Positions 1 through 8,000 are shown, counted from the first letter of the stretch. The stretch: 12,584 bases of DNA from Candidatus Zixiibacteriota bacterium (GCA_036170655.1 JAVHPP010000090.1:1-12584), one strand, 5' to 3'. The notes: generated by a model not told the origin, from the sequence alone. Made by a program: numbers and translations.

Positions 1-419
1 CCGGCGAGCGCGGCAAGTTCGGACTCGACTGCGCGGCCACGTTTGCCGCGTGCACCTCTATCGAGATCATATTCGAGCGACACGTAGGACGTGAGACCGG
101 CGGCGCTGTGGTCGAGCAGATCGCGGCCCCATGGGGCACGCCCCAGATTGGTGTGCAGCAGCACCCCGGTGGCATTGATGACGCGCTGCGGAAAGGCGCG
201 CCGGTGAATTGCGATGCGTTTCACCACACCGACGGTGATTGCATCGATGTCGGGCCACGTACCACCCGGCTTGATGCGACCGCGCAGGTCGTCGAGTTCG
301 GCGCGGACACATTCTGTGACCACCGCGCGACCGACAGAGGCGGCCGCGTCCACCAGCACTGGCTGGTGCAGCAGGATTTCAACGGATGGTGGATGCGATG
401 GCGTTGTCGGGACCGACAT
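1..419 (-). CDS. selA: L-seryl-tRNA(Sec) selenium transferase (selenocysteine synthase), N-terminal part; runs off the left edge of the window
   Basis: Not in the ORF track (no stop inside the window). Manual translation from ATG at 419: MSVPTTPSHPPSVEILLHQP...FPQRVINATGVLLHTNLGRAPWGRDLLDHSAAGLTSYVSLEYDLDRGARGKRGRAVESELAALA. RVINATGVxLHTNLGRAP and LEYDLxxGxRGxR are SelA signature motifs. AAGGAAG lies about 12 nt upstream, and the gene is next to tRNA-Sec. Confidence 0.95.
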   Translation of the reverse strand, partial: MSVPTTPSHPPSVEILLHQPVLVDAAASVGRAVVTECVRAELDDLRGRIKPGGTWPDIDAITVGVVKRIAIHRRAFPQRVINATGVLLHTNLGRAPWGRDLLDHSAAGLTSYVSLEYDLDRGARGKRGRAVESELAALA

Positions 420-489
420 ATCAGCGGTGGCTTCCTTCGGCCTGATCCCGGCGTGGAGGATAAGATGGACCGTCGGGTAACGCAGCGGC

Positions 490-568
490 TGTAGGGGCAC
501 GGCTTGCCGTGCCCGCCTCGGCGAAGGTGTCGCGTTGCGGGACGGGCACGGCAAACCGTGCCCCTACA
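490..568. repeat. REPIN-like doublet: two inverted GTAG-type REP units (GTAGGGGCACGGCTTGCCGTGCCCG) with a 27-nt spacer
   Basis: 490-515 TGTAGGGGCACGGCTTGCCGTGCCCG is the reverse complement of 543-568 CGGGCACGGCAAACCGTGCCCCTACA with 1 mismatch. Each unit is GTAG followed by a GGGCACGG/CCGTGCCC hairpin. The same unit recurs at 2866 and 3020. Confidence 0.85.
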
Positions 569-633
569 CACCCCATCCTGTCAGCGGAAGTTTGCAAGTC
601 GTGCATGCCTGTGCAGTCTCCGAAAAATCAAAG

Positions 634-728
634 CGGAAGGGGTGGGAATCGAACCCACCGCGACCGACCCGAAGCCGGCCGCCAGCGGATTTGAAGTCCG
701 CGCCGGCCACCAGACCGAATCCGCTTCC
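634..728 (-). tRNA. selC: tRNA-Sec (anticodon UCA), CCA end not encoded
   Basis: Minus strand: GGAAGCGG AT TCGGTC TGGT GGCCGG C GCGGA CTTCAAA TCCGC TG GCGGCCGGC TTCGG GTCGGTCGC G GTGGG TTCGATT CCCAC CCCTTCC G. Shows a 6-bp D stem with 4-nt loop, TCA anticodon, 9-bp variable arm, T-loop TTCGATT, G discriminator and GGAAG 5' end, all tRNA-Sec hallmarks. Lies upstream of selA. Confidence 0.96.
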
Positions 729-734
729 GGGGAG

Positions 735-743
735 AATATATCA
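735..743 (-). promoter_or_regulatory. Putative extended -10 promoter (TGaTATATT) for selC
   Basis: Minus strand TG-A-TATATT ending 6 nt before tRNA G1, in an AT-rich patch of a GC-rich sequence. No convincing -35. Confidence 0.45.
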
Positions 744-795
744 AACCGGAATGATCTTGGCCGTAATTTTCGTATTGTACAGTACCCATAGGCCA

Positions 796-822
796 GGAAT
801 GTACACGGCTGTGCACCCCTAC
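796..822 (-). repeat. Single degenerate GTAG-type REP-like palindrome
   Basis: Minus strand GTAGGGGTGCACAGCCGTGTACATTCC: GTAG followed by a GTGCAC/GTGTAC hairpin with AGCC loop, 21 nt after the bshB1 stop. Shares the GTAGGGG start with the other REPs. Confidence 0.5.
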
Positions 823-843
823 CGCCAGCAACTGAACCTTCCC

Positions 844-1569
844 TCAAATTGACGCCACGGACATCGTCATGGGATCATCGACCTCCATGGTCTCGCGGAT
901 GACATATCCTTCGGCGTATGGTTTTCGTATCATCTGGCCCATGCGCCGCGCATCAATTGTGATCAGCTCAAAAATATCGACACCGGGCTGATAGATCGAG
1001 GCCGCGGCTTCTTTCGTGCCGAATTGGGAATGGTAGGCACGGACGGCTTCCAGTTTGCGGTCAAGCTGTGCGGTGATGTCGACCACAAACGAGAATGGCG
1101 GCTGGCGGGAAAAAGCCGCGTAGAGAATCTTGTGCGGACGGTGCGGTTCACCGGGGAGGTCGAGCTTCTTCAATCCCGCAAGGAAGCAGGCATCATAAGC
1201 AATTTCACCCGCCACACGATGATCCGGGTGACGTTGCTCTCTATGCGGAAGAATTACGAGACGTGGCCGTAGCCGACGTATGGCCGCGGCCACCGCCAAA
1301 CGGTTCGGCAGCGTGTTCTCCAGTTTCGCGTCCGGCATACCAAGGTTCTCCCGGTGGGTCAGACCCAGAATCCGGGCGGCTGATGCGGCTTCGTCCCCAC
1401 GGTCCTCGGCCGTGCCACGGGTGCCCATCTCCCCTGCCGTGAAGTCCACAATACCGGTCTTGTAACCCAAGTCGGCGAGCTTGATCAGCAGCCCGCCGCA
1501 GGTGATCTCGATATCGTCGCGATGTGCGGCCAGGGCAAGGGCGTCAACGGTGGGTGCAGTGCTTGTCAT
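844..1569 (-). CDS. bshB1: Bacillithiol biosynthesis deacetylase BshB1 (PIG-L/LmbE family)
   Basis: AAHRDDIE zinc motif (AHxDD), TAGEMGTRGT, RHPDH and AYHSQF motifs. Adjacent to bshA and bshC. GAGG RBS about 9 nt upstream of the ATG. Confidence 0.92.
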   Translation of the reverse strand: MTSTAPTVDALALAAHRDDIEITCGGLLIKLADLGYKTGIVDFTAGEMGTRGTAEDRGDEAASAARILGLTHRENLGMPDAKLENTLPNRLAVAAAIRRLRPRLVILPHREQRHPDHRVAGEIAYDACFLAGLKKLDLPGEPHRPHKILYAAFSRQPPFSFVVDITAQLDRKLEAVRAYHSQFGTKEAAASIYQPGVDIFELITIDARRMGQMIRKPYAEGYVIRETMEVDDPMTMSVASI

Positions 1570-1594
1570 TCGTCAAACCTCAAGGGGCAAATGC

Positions 1595-1624
1595 ATTATA
1601 CCCGTGTGCGATGATTCTTCACAA
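1595..1624 (-). promoter_or_regulatory. Putative sigma70 promoter for bshB1 (TTGTGA-N18-TATAAT)
   Basis: Perfect TATAAT at 1600-1595 and TTGTGA at 1624-1619 on the minus strand, inside the 137-nt bshA-bshB1 gap. Confidence 0.55.
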
Positions 1625-1706
1625 CCGCAGATGAATGTATCGCGATCATGGACGTTGACGATCCGTCACTTGCCACGAACATGGCATCGCGGAGGAAATG
1701 TTCTCC

Positions 1707-2852
1707 TCAAAGCTGATCCTGCAACAAATTATAGTACACATCCTCATATAATGGCACAACCGCCTCGGCCGTGAAATTATCACGCACGGCTTTCAAGCCT
1801 GCTTCGCGCAACCGGAATGCGAGGGATGAATCGGTCAGAATCTGGTACAGACGCTCCGCTCCCGCATCGTACTCATCTGGTCGAACCAAGAATCCGGTTT
1901 TGCCATCTTCGATCAGCTCGGACACACCACCGACACGGGAGGCAACCACCGGTACTCCACACGCCATCGCTTCGAGAGCGGCCAAACCGAAGGCCTCATA
2001 GTTTGAGGGGAGCAGAAACACATCCGCGGCGCAAAGGATCTCATCGACGTCCTCGCGGTTGCCGAGAAACTTGACGTCACCGGCTACGCCCAGCGACTTG
2101 GCGAGAGAGAATGCCTCCGCCGTCTGCGGGCCATCGCCAATCAACAGCAACTTCGCCGGGACCCGCTGCTGCAAACGTGCGAACATTTGCACGACACCCG
2201 GAATGTTCTTGACTGCGCGGAAGTTCGACAAGTGCGCAACGATCTTTTCCCCTTTGCCCGCGTAATGTTCCCGGCAGGCGCCCGCCGGACGCGGGTAGAA
2301 GCGTTTGGTATCCACGAAGTTACGGACGACATGGATCGGGCGGGTCGTACCAAACACACTGATCGTCTTGTTCCTCAAGTACTCCGACACCGCCGTGACG
2401 CCGTCTACCGCATCGATCGAGAAACGCGTGATTTCAAAGAACGAACGGTCGGAACCCACCAGCGTGATATCGGTGCCATGAAGAGTGCACAAGGTCTTGG
2501 GACCTCCGGGGCCCAACGCCTGCTTCGCCAGGTAGGCAGAAATGGCCAGCGGAATGGCATAATGAACATGCAAAATATCCAGCCCAAACTCCTGCGACAC
2601 CTCGATCATCTTCGACGCCAGCGACAGCGTGTATGGCGGGTACTTGAACAGTGGATAGTCGGGGGTTGCGACTTCATGAAAATAGAGGTCGGCGTTGAAC
2701 CGATCCAATCGGAACGGCAGGGCGTGACTGATGAAGTGCACCTCGTGCCCGCGTTCCGCGAGCCTGGCGCCCAGTTCGGTCGCCAGAACCCCAGAGCCGC
2801 CCGGCACCGGGTAGCAAGTGATGGCGATCTTCAGGGGACGGCGGGGGGGCAT
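1707..2852 (-). CDS. bshA: N-acetyl-alpha-D-glucosaminyl L-malate synthase BshA (GT4 glycosyltransferase)
   Basis: KIAITCYPxxGGSG, HEVHFIS, YPLFKYPPY, HVHYAIP, TLHGTDITLVG, SNFRAVK and ExFGLAALEAMACGVPV are characteristic BshA motifs. Confidence 0.95.
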   Translation of the reverse strand: MPPRRPLKIAITCYPVPGGSGVLATELGARLAERGHEVHFISHALPFRLDRFNADLYFHEVATPDYPLFKYPPYTLSLASKMIEVSQEFGLDILHVHYAIPLAISAYLAKQALGPGGPKTLCTLHGTDITLVGSDRSFFEITRFSIDAVDGVTAVSEYLRNKTISVFGTTRPIHVVRNFVDTKRFYPRPAGACREHYAGKGEKIVAHLSNFRAVKNIPGVVQMFARLQQRVPAKLLLIGDGPQTAEAFSLAKSLGVAGDVKFLGNREDVDEILCAADVFLLPSNYEAFGLAALEAMACGVPVVASRVGGVSELIEDGKTGFLVRPDEYDAGAERLYQILTDSSLAFRLREAGLKAVRDNFTAEAVVPLYEDVYYNLLQDQL

Positions 2853-2865
2853 GGTGGATCGCTCC

Positions 2866-3044
2866 GTAGGGGCACGGCTTGCCGTGCCCGTCTCGCCTCA
2901 CGCGGGCATACCGTGTGAGAGTATGCAGTTGACGCGACTCACACAGACAACAGGACGGACAAGAGCGTCCATCCTACCGATGTAGATGGCCAAGAGCGGG
3001 CCGGATACTCCCGTCATGGCGGGCACGGCAAGCCGTGCCCCTAC
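2866..3044. repeat. REPIN-like doublet of the same GTAG REP with a 129-nt spacer
   Basis: 2866-2890 GTAGGGGCACGGCTTGCCGTGCCCG is the exact reverse complement of 3020-3044 CGGGCACGGCAAGCCGTGCCCCTAC. It fills most of the bshC-bshA gap. Confidence 0.85.
2952..2977 (-). repeat. Second-family GTAG REP-like palindrome nested inside the doublet
   Basis: Minus strand GTAGGATGGACGCTCTTGTCCGTCCT: GTAG plus a GATGGAC/GTCCGTC hairpin whose sequence is unrelated to the flanking REP units. Confidence 0.55.
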
Positions 3045-3076
3045 ACAGGACTGCCTATGGTGTTGCAGAAGCCGTT

Positions 3077-4732
3077 TCACGGTTCGATAATTTGGTGGTC
3101 TGGGGTCCCGATCTTCAGCTGGTCCTTGACCCGCGACAGAAAATCAAAACCATACTTGTTCAAATAGTACGTGATCCCAAAGACCCGTTCTTGCGGCACA
3201 CCTTCCGGGCACAGATGCGCTTCCAGCTTGTAGAACTTCGCCCGGATCTCATCGCCTTTGCGCTTGTGTGCCTGGAACACCTTCTTCTCGAGGTTTTCCC
3301 AAGCGAGAGCAATCTTGCCGGCGGAGAGCTCGAATGTCTTGTCCAGGGTCGGCTCAAAGCCGACCACCAGTGATTTCAAGCGATCAAGCCGGTCATTCCA
3401 CTCCTGCCGTTCGGCGCCGAACCGCTGTTCGATATCATGGGGGAATGAACTTTCAAAGTGACGGTTGATCAGCGCTTCGATGTCGCCGAAGAATTCGGAT
3501 AGGTCATGACCAAGAGCGGCTGCGGCATTACGGTTTTTCGTTTCGACAATGGTCGCCGAAGAGCGGTGCAGGACAACGGGCATGAGCACGTCGAAGCGGT
3601 CAAACAACGCGCGTGACTGCGCCCAGTAGGCGATTTCCGAGGGACCGCAGACCGTGGCGAGCACGGGGAAGAGATATGACTGCGCAATGGGACGCAGCAG
3701 CACGCCGGGGGAAAACGCTTCGGGCTCTTTCTCCAGGCGCAACAGCCACTCTTCACGCGTATGAGATGTCCCCTCCGGGTCTGTCATCAGATGGCCGTCC
3801 GACGTAGTCTTAATCGCGTGACGGCCCTGATGGACATAAAACAGATGTGTATGCCGGTCGGGATGCTCCACCTGCCGGTGATATCCCGCTTCGACGAGAC
3901 GCTGGTTCATTTCCGCGAGCGCGGCTGCGGTTCCGGCGTGACCTTCGAGTTCTCGTTTGACCAGCGGTCTCCAGAGCGCTTTGCTGGCAGGGTCGACCGG
4001 ATTGAACATGACCAGCCCAAACGGACCCAGAAGACGCGCCATCCAGTGCGCAAAGGCATCCACCAGAGAGCGGCCGGACTTGAAATCCTCCGCCAATGCG
4101 CGAAACACACCGGCGGAAAACTCGGTGACCAGTTGCTCCTTTTGCATCTCGCTCAGCAGATCGCCAATATGTTCATCGAGGAGAACTTGCGACACAGGGG
4201 TTCGATCGCCGTGTTTATGATCTGGCAAACTCAAGCGTCGGACGCGGTTTTCCAAATCCGGGAATCCGGTCCACCGTACTTCCTCGAAATCGTGGTCATC
4301 CGCTGCGATCCAGAACACGGGCACGACCGGCCTCTGCAGCAGCTCACGCAACTTCGCGGCCCAGCCGATCAGCGTGAGCGCCTTGTAAACGGTGTACAGA
4401 GGACCGCCGAACAACCCCGACTGCTGTCCGGTAAAAACCGTCAGCGCGGACGACGACGCGACCTCCTCAGCGGCGGCGATGGCCGCCGGTGGCGCACCGT
4501 ACGATCGGTTCTGCCTCACGAGAATGTCCCGGATGGACTGCCGGTCGAACTCTTGGGTGTCGAGGTGACGCGCGCAGGCGTCGAACGCCGCCGGTGTCGG
4601 ATGCGGCCAGGAAAAGAACAGTCCCGTGCGGTCAGGATCATAGAGCAGATCGAGATACAACTTCCGCCGCCCGGGAAGCTTCGAGGTGGAAATCGTTTTC
4701 GGAGGGGGCATGGCTGGTCTGCGTGCCGCCAA
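3077..4732 (-). CDS. bshC: Bacillithiol biosynthesis cysteine-adding enzyme BshC (start may be ATG at 4711 rather than TTG at 4732)
   Basis: TGQQSGLFGGPLYTVYKA, VPVFWIAADDHDFEEV, FSPGVLLRP, GPSEIAYWAQ, a C-terminal helical region and PQER are characteristic BshC motifs. Length about 550 aa. Confidence 0.95.
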   Translation of the reverse strand: MAARRPAMPPPKTISTSKLPGRRKLYLDLLYDPDRTGLFFSWPHPTPAAFDACARHLDTQEFDRQSIRDILVRQNRSYGAPPAAIAAAEEVASSSALTVFTGQQSGLFGGPLYTVYKALTLIGWAAKLRELLQRPVVPVFWIAADDHDFEEVRWTGFPDLENRVRRLSLPDHKHGDRTPVSQVLLDEHIGDLLSEMQKEQLVTEFSAGVFRALAEDFKSGRSLVDAFAHWMARLLGPFGLVMFNPVDPASKALWRPLVKRELEGHAGTAAALAEMNQRLVEAGYHRQVEHPDRHTHLFYVHQGRHAIKTTSDGHLMTDPEGTSHTREEWLLRLEKEPEAFSPGVLLRPIAQSYLFPVLATVCGPSEIAYWAQSRALFDRFDVLMPVVLHRSSATIVETKNRNAAAALGHDLSEFFGDIEALINRHFESSFPHDIEQRFGAERQEWNDRLDRLKSLVVGFEPTLDKTFELSAGKIALAWENLEKKVFQAHKRKGDEIRAKFYKLEAHLCPEGVPQERVFGITYYLNKYGFDFLSRVKDQLKIGTPDHQIIEP

Positions 4733-4876
4733 TCGGCGCCGTGTTTACAATCTACGCGATAATCCCTGACGCCGATGAGAATTTCTCGTGCGCTCTAAAA
4801 GCCCGTAACAAAATGACGGCCGGCATCCAGCACGCGCCGTGATCAATCCGTGCCATTCAGTGGATCGTCGATGCTG

Positions 4877-4951
4877 CGGGAGGGCGAGGCTCCTGCCGAG
4901 CCTCTTTTTGCCCCGCAGACACAGAGACTCGGCAGGAGCCACGCCCTCCCG
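4877..4951. repeat. 24-bp inverted repeat pair (REP-like doublet of a GGAG-starting family); possible terminator/stabilising hairpin
   Basis: 4877-4900 CGGGAGGGCGAGGCTCCTGCCGAG vs 4928-4951 CTCGGCAGGAGCCACGCCCTCCCG: 23/24 reverse-complement match, 27-nt spacer, located between the RND gene stop and bshC. Confidence 0.75.
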
Positions 4952-5071
4952 GCGCGCCTTGGTCGTAGAGGGCCAGTTCATCTGCATGAGTGATCATTTT
5001 CTTGGAAGATTCTTGGGGTCTCTACCGGACGCGCAGCGCAGCCACACGGCCAGATTGGCCGACCTCGAATC

Positions 5072-8000
5072 CTACCGCTTGCGAGCGGCGAACTTCGCCA
5101 CGAGGTCATCCAGCAACGTGTACACCACCGGCACAACAATCAGCGTCAGGGCCGTCGAGGAGACAAGCCCGCCGATCACCGCACGGGCCATCGGGGCGCG
5201 CAGCTCGGCGCCGGGACCGAGCGCCAGGGCCAGCGGCAGCACACCGAAGATCGTGGCGAGCGTGGTCATCAAGATCGGACGCAGACGAATCGGGCCCGCC
5301 TCGAGAATGGCATCGGTGCGGCTCTCGCCGCGCGCCCGCGCCTGTTTGACAAAGTCGATCAGCAGAATCGCGTTCTTGGTCACCAGACCCATGAGAAGGA
5401 TGATTCCGATCATGGACATGATCGACAGGGCGCTGCCAAAGATAAACAACCCGGCAAAAGCGCCAACCAACGACAGGGGCAAAGAAAGCATGATCGCCAA
5501 GGGGTCGCTGAAGCTCTCGTACTGTGACGCCAAGACAAAGTAGATGAAGATCACACCGAGCAGAAGCGCCACCAGCATGTTGCCGAAGGACTCCTGCTGC
5601 ATCTCCGCCTCGCCGGTCGCGCGAATGACATAGCCGGGGGGCTCCGGGATTTCCGCGACTTTCTTGAGGGCGGCCGCACGCACATCACCAGCGAATGCCC
5701 CTGAGGCAACGTTGCCGGAAATCAACACCTCACGCCGGCGGTCATACCGCCGGATTTCTGTCGGACCGCCCCGCTGGTCGAGACGCGCAACCTGCTTGAG
5801 CGGCACAAAGAATTGGTCGCGTCCGGGGATCTCGCGATTGCTGCGGATCATCAGATTCTCGATGGCCCAGGTGTTTGACCGGTCGGCCGTCGCCAGACGC
5901 AAACGCACCTTGTATTCTTCGTCCCCTTCTTTGTAGGTGGTCGCGTCATCGCCGTCCACGAGCAGACGCAGACTGGAGGCAATCTGGGCCATCGACAACC
6001 CCAACTCGCTGGCGCGATCCCGGTCGACTATGATCTGCGCTTCGGGCCTCGCGCCGACCAGTGAATTACGCACATCGCGCGTGCCCGGAACCGTGCGGGT
6101 CGACTCTTCGACCGCTGCCGCCAAACGGTGGAGAATGCGCAGATCGTCTCCCTGCACCGACAGACTGACCGGTTTGTTGCCTCCCTCGGATTTTTCCGCT
6201 GCGATGCTCAGGTACAATCCGGGAAAGTCGCCCAACCGGTCACGGATGCCGGTCACAATGGCAAACACGCTCCGTTTACGCTGGTCCTTTGGAGTCAGAT
6301 TGACGGTCATCACGCCCTCACTGACCGGGCGATTGGCCGAACCGATCGATGTATAGATACCGGTGACCTCCGGCAATTCCCGGATGGCATCCTCCACTTT
6401 CGCCGTCAGCGCCGCGGTCTGCTTGAGCGACGTACCTGGCGCCGCCTCGAAATCGACATAGAACTGCGCTTCGTCCCGCTGCGGAATGAACTCTGTACCC
6501 ACGAGGGGAAGAAGAGCCAAACTGGCCACGAACCCCACAACAGCAACGACCATGGTCGCCAGCCGGTGGCGTAATGCCCACTCCAGAGTATTGCGATAGA
6601 GTCCTTTGATCCATTCAAAGCGGCGGTTGAAGCCGCGCTCAAAGGAATTCAGCCAGCGGACACCAAGCCAGCCCCCATTGATGTGGGTCTCTTCCTCCGG
6701 ACGTTTGATCAGACGGGAGAAAAGCATCGGTGTCAGGGTAAAGGCGACAAACAGCGAAACCAGAATCGAGACCGTGACGGTCAGACCGAACTGATAGAAG
6801 AATCGCCCAACGATCCCGCCCATGAATGCCACGGGCACAAAGACCGCCACGATGGTGAACGTCGTTGCCATCACGGCCAGCCCGATTTCCGCGGTGCCCC
6901 GATCGGCCGCGGTGCGTGCGTCGACGCCGCCGTGGTAATTCCGGTAGATGTTTTCAATAACGACAATCGCATCATCAATGAGAAGCCCCACCGCGATGGA
7001 CAGGCCCAGCAAACTCATGAAGTTGATCGTGAATCCCAAAAGATACATGAACGTGAAGGTCGCCACGATTGACGTGGGGATCGCCAGCGCGGAGATGAGC
7101 GTCGTGCGCCAATTGTAGAGAAACAGGAAGATGACCAACACGGCCAGCGCGCCGCCATAGTAGATGTTGACCACCACATCGTGGACGGCATCGCGGATGA
7201 AAACCGAATTGTCTTTGGCGACGGCAATGTGAATGTCGGCAGGGAGCTCGGCTTTCAGTTTCGCGATCTGGGCTTCGATGTCATCGGCCACGCGCACGGT
7301 GTTGGCCCCTGACTGGCGGACGATATCGAGCGCAACCGCCTCCCGCGCATTAAAGCGCGAGTAGGTGCGTTGTTCGGCCACGCCATCCGAGATTAGCGCG
7401 AGATCGGACAGTTTCACCGGGCGACCGCTACGGTGCGCCACAACCAGACCGCCAAAATCGCGCCACGAGGCGAACTTACCCAGCGTTCGGAGCGTAAGTT
7501 CCGACGCGCCACGGTCGATGCGTCCCGTCGGAAACTCGATGTTCGCCAACTTGATGGCTCCCTGCACTTCCTGCACGGAGACGGCAAACGCATCCATTCG
7601 CCGCGCATCCAGCGCAACCTGAATCTCGCGTTGGGCGCCCCCGATCACCTGCACCGCCCCAACCCCGGAGACAGATTCGAGCCGCTTCTTGATTACATCT
7701 TTTGTTATCGTCGTGATCTCTTTCAGCGGACGTTGCCCGGAGATCACCAGGGACATGATCGGGTCGGAATCCGGATCGAAACGCTGGATCACGGGCGCTT
7801 TCGCATCATCGGGAAGATCCGCGAGAATCGTCGAAATCTTTTCGCGCACCTCCAGTGCCTTGTCGGCCGCGTTCTCCCCCACTTCGAACTGGGCAAGGAC
7901 CTGCGACAGACCTTCTTTCGAGGTTGATAGCAGATGCTTCAGCCCGGAAATCGTGTTGATCTGGTCTTCGATTTTCTTGGTGATTTCCGACTCCACGGCT

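Noticed and set aside
583..639. 8-bp direct repeat AGCGGAAG (583-590, 632-639) duplicating the tRNA 3' end, as a possible att scar at selC
   Set aside because: Too short to exceed chance in GC-rich DNA, and there is no integrase or cargo.
628..846. UGA read-through of bshB1 as a selenoprotein extension (frame stays open from 843 to 628 and a hairpin follows the TGA)
   Set aside because: The protein already ends at normal BshB1 length, the extension would run through the tRNA gene, and the hairpin looks like a GTAG-REP rather than a SECIS. TGA is the ordinary stop for most genes here.
221..852. Short ORFs spanning the selA-selC region in several frames
   Set aside because: They translate REP and tRNA sequence (e.g. 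the recurring GHGKPCPY peptide comes from the REP).
1500..1535. BshB1 motif AHRDD instead of AHPDD as a sign of altered function
   Set aside because: The metal-binding His and Asp and the downstream HPDH are intact, and the middle position varies in this family.
490..3044. Repeated 25-nt palindromic unit as a CRISPR array, or as ends of a composite transposon around selC-bshB1-bshA
   Set aside because: Units occur as inverted pairs in separate gaps rather than regularly spaced direct repeats. No cas or transposase gene and no target-site duplication were recognised.
3761..4762. 333-aa plus-strand ORF, and similar long antisense ORFs (108-494, 2187-2918, 4839-5543, 9091-9792, 10550-11380)
   Set aside because: Shadow ORFs opposite well-supported genes, expected at high GC, with no recognisable motifs.
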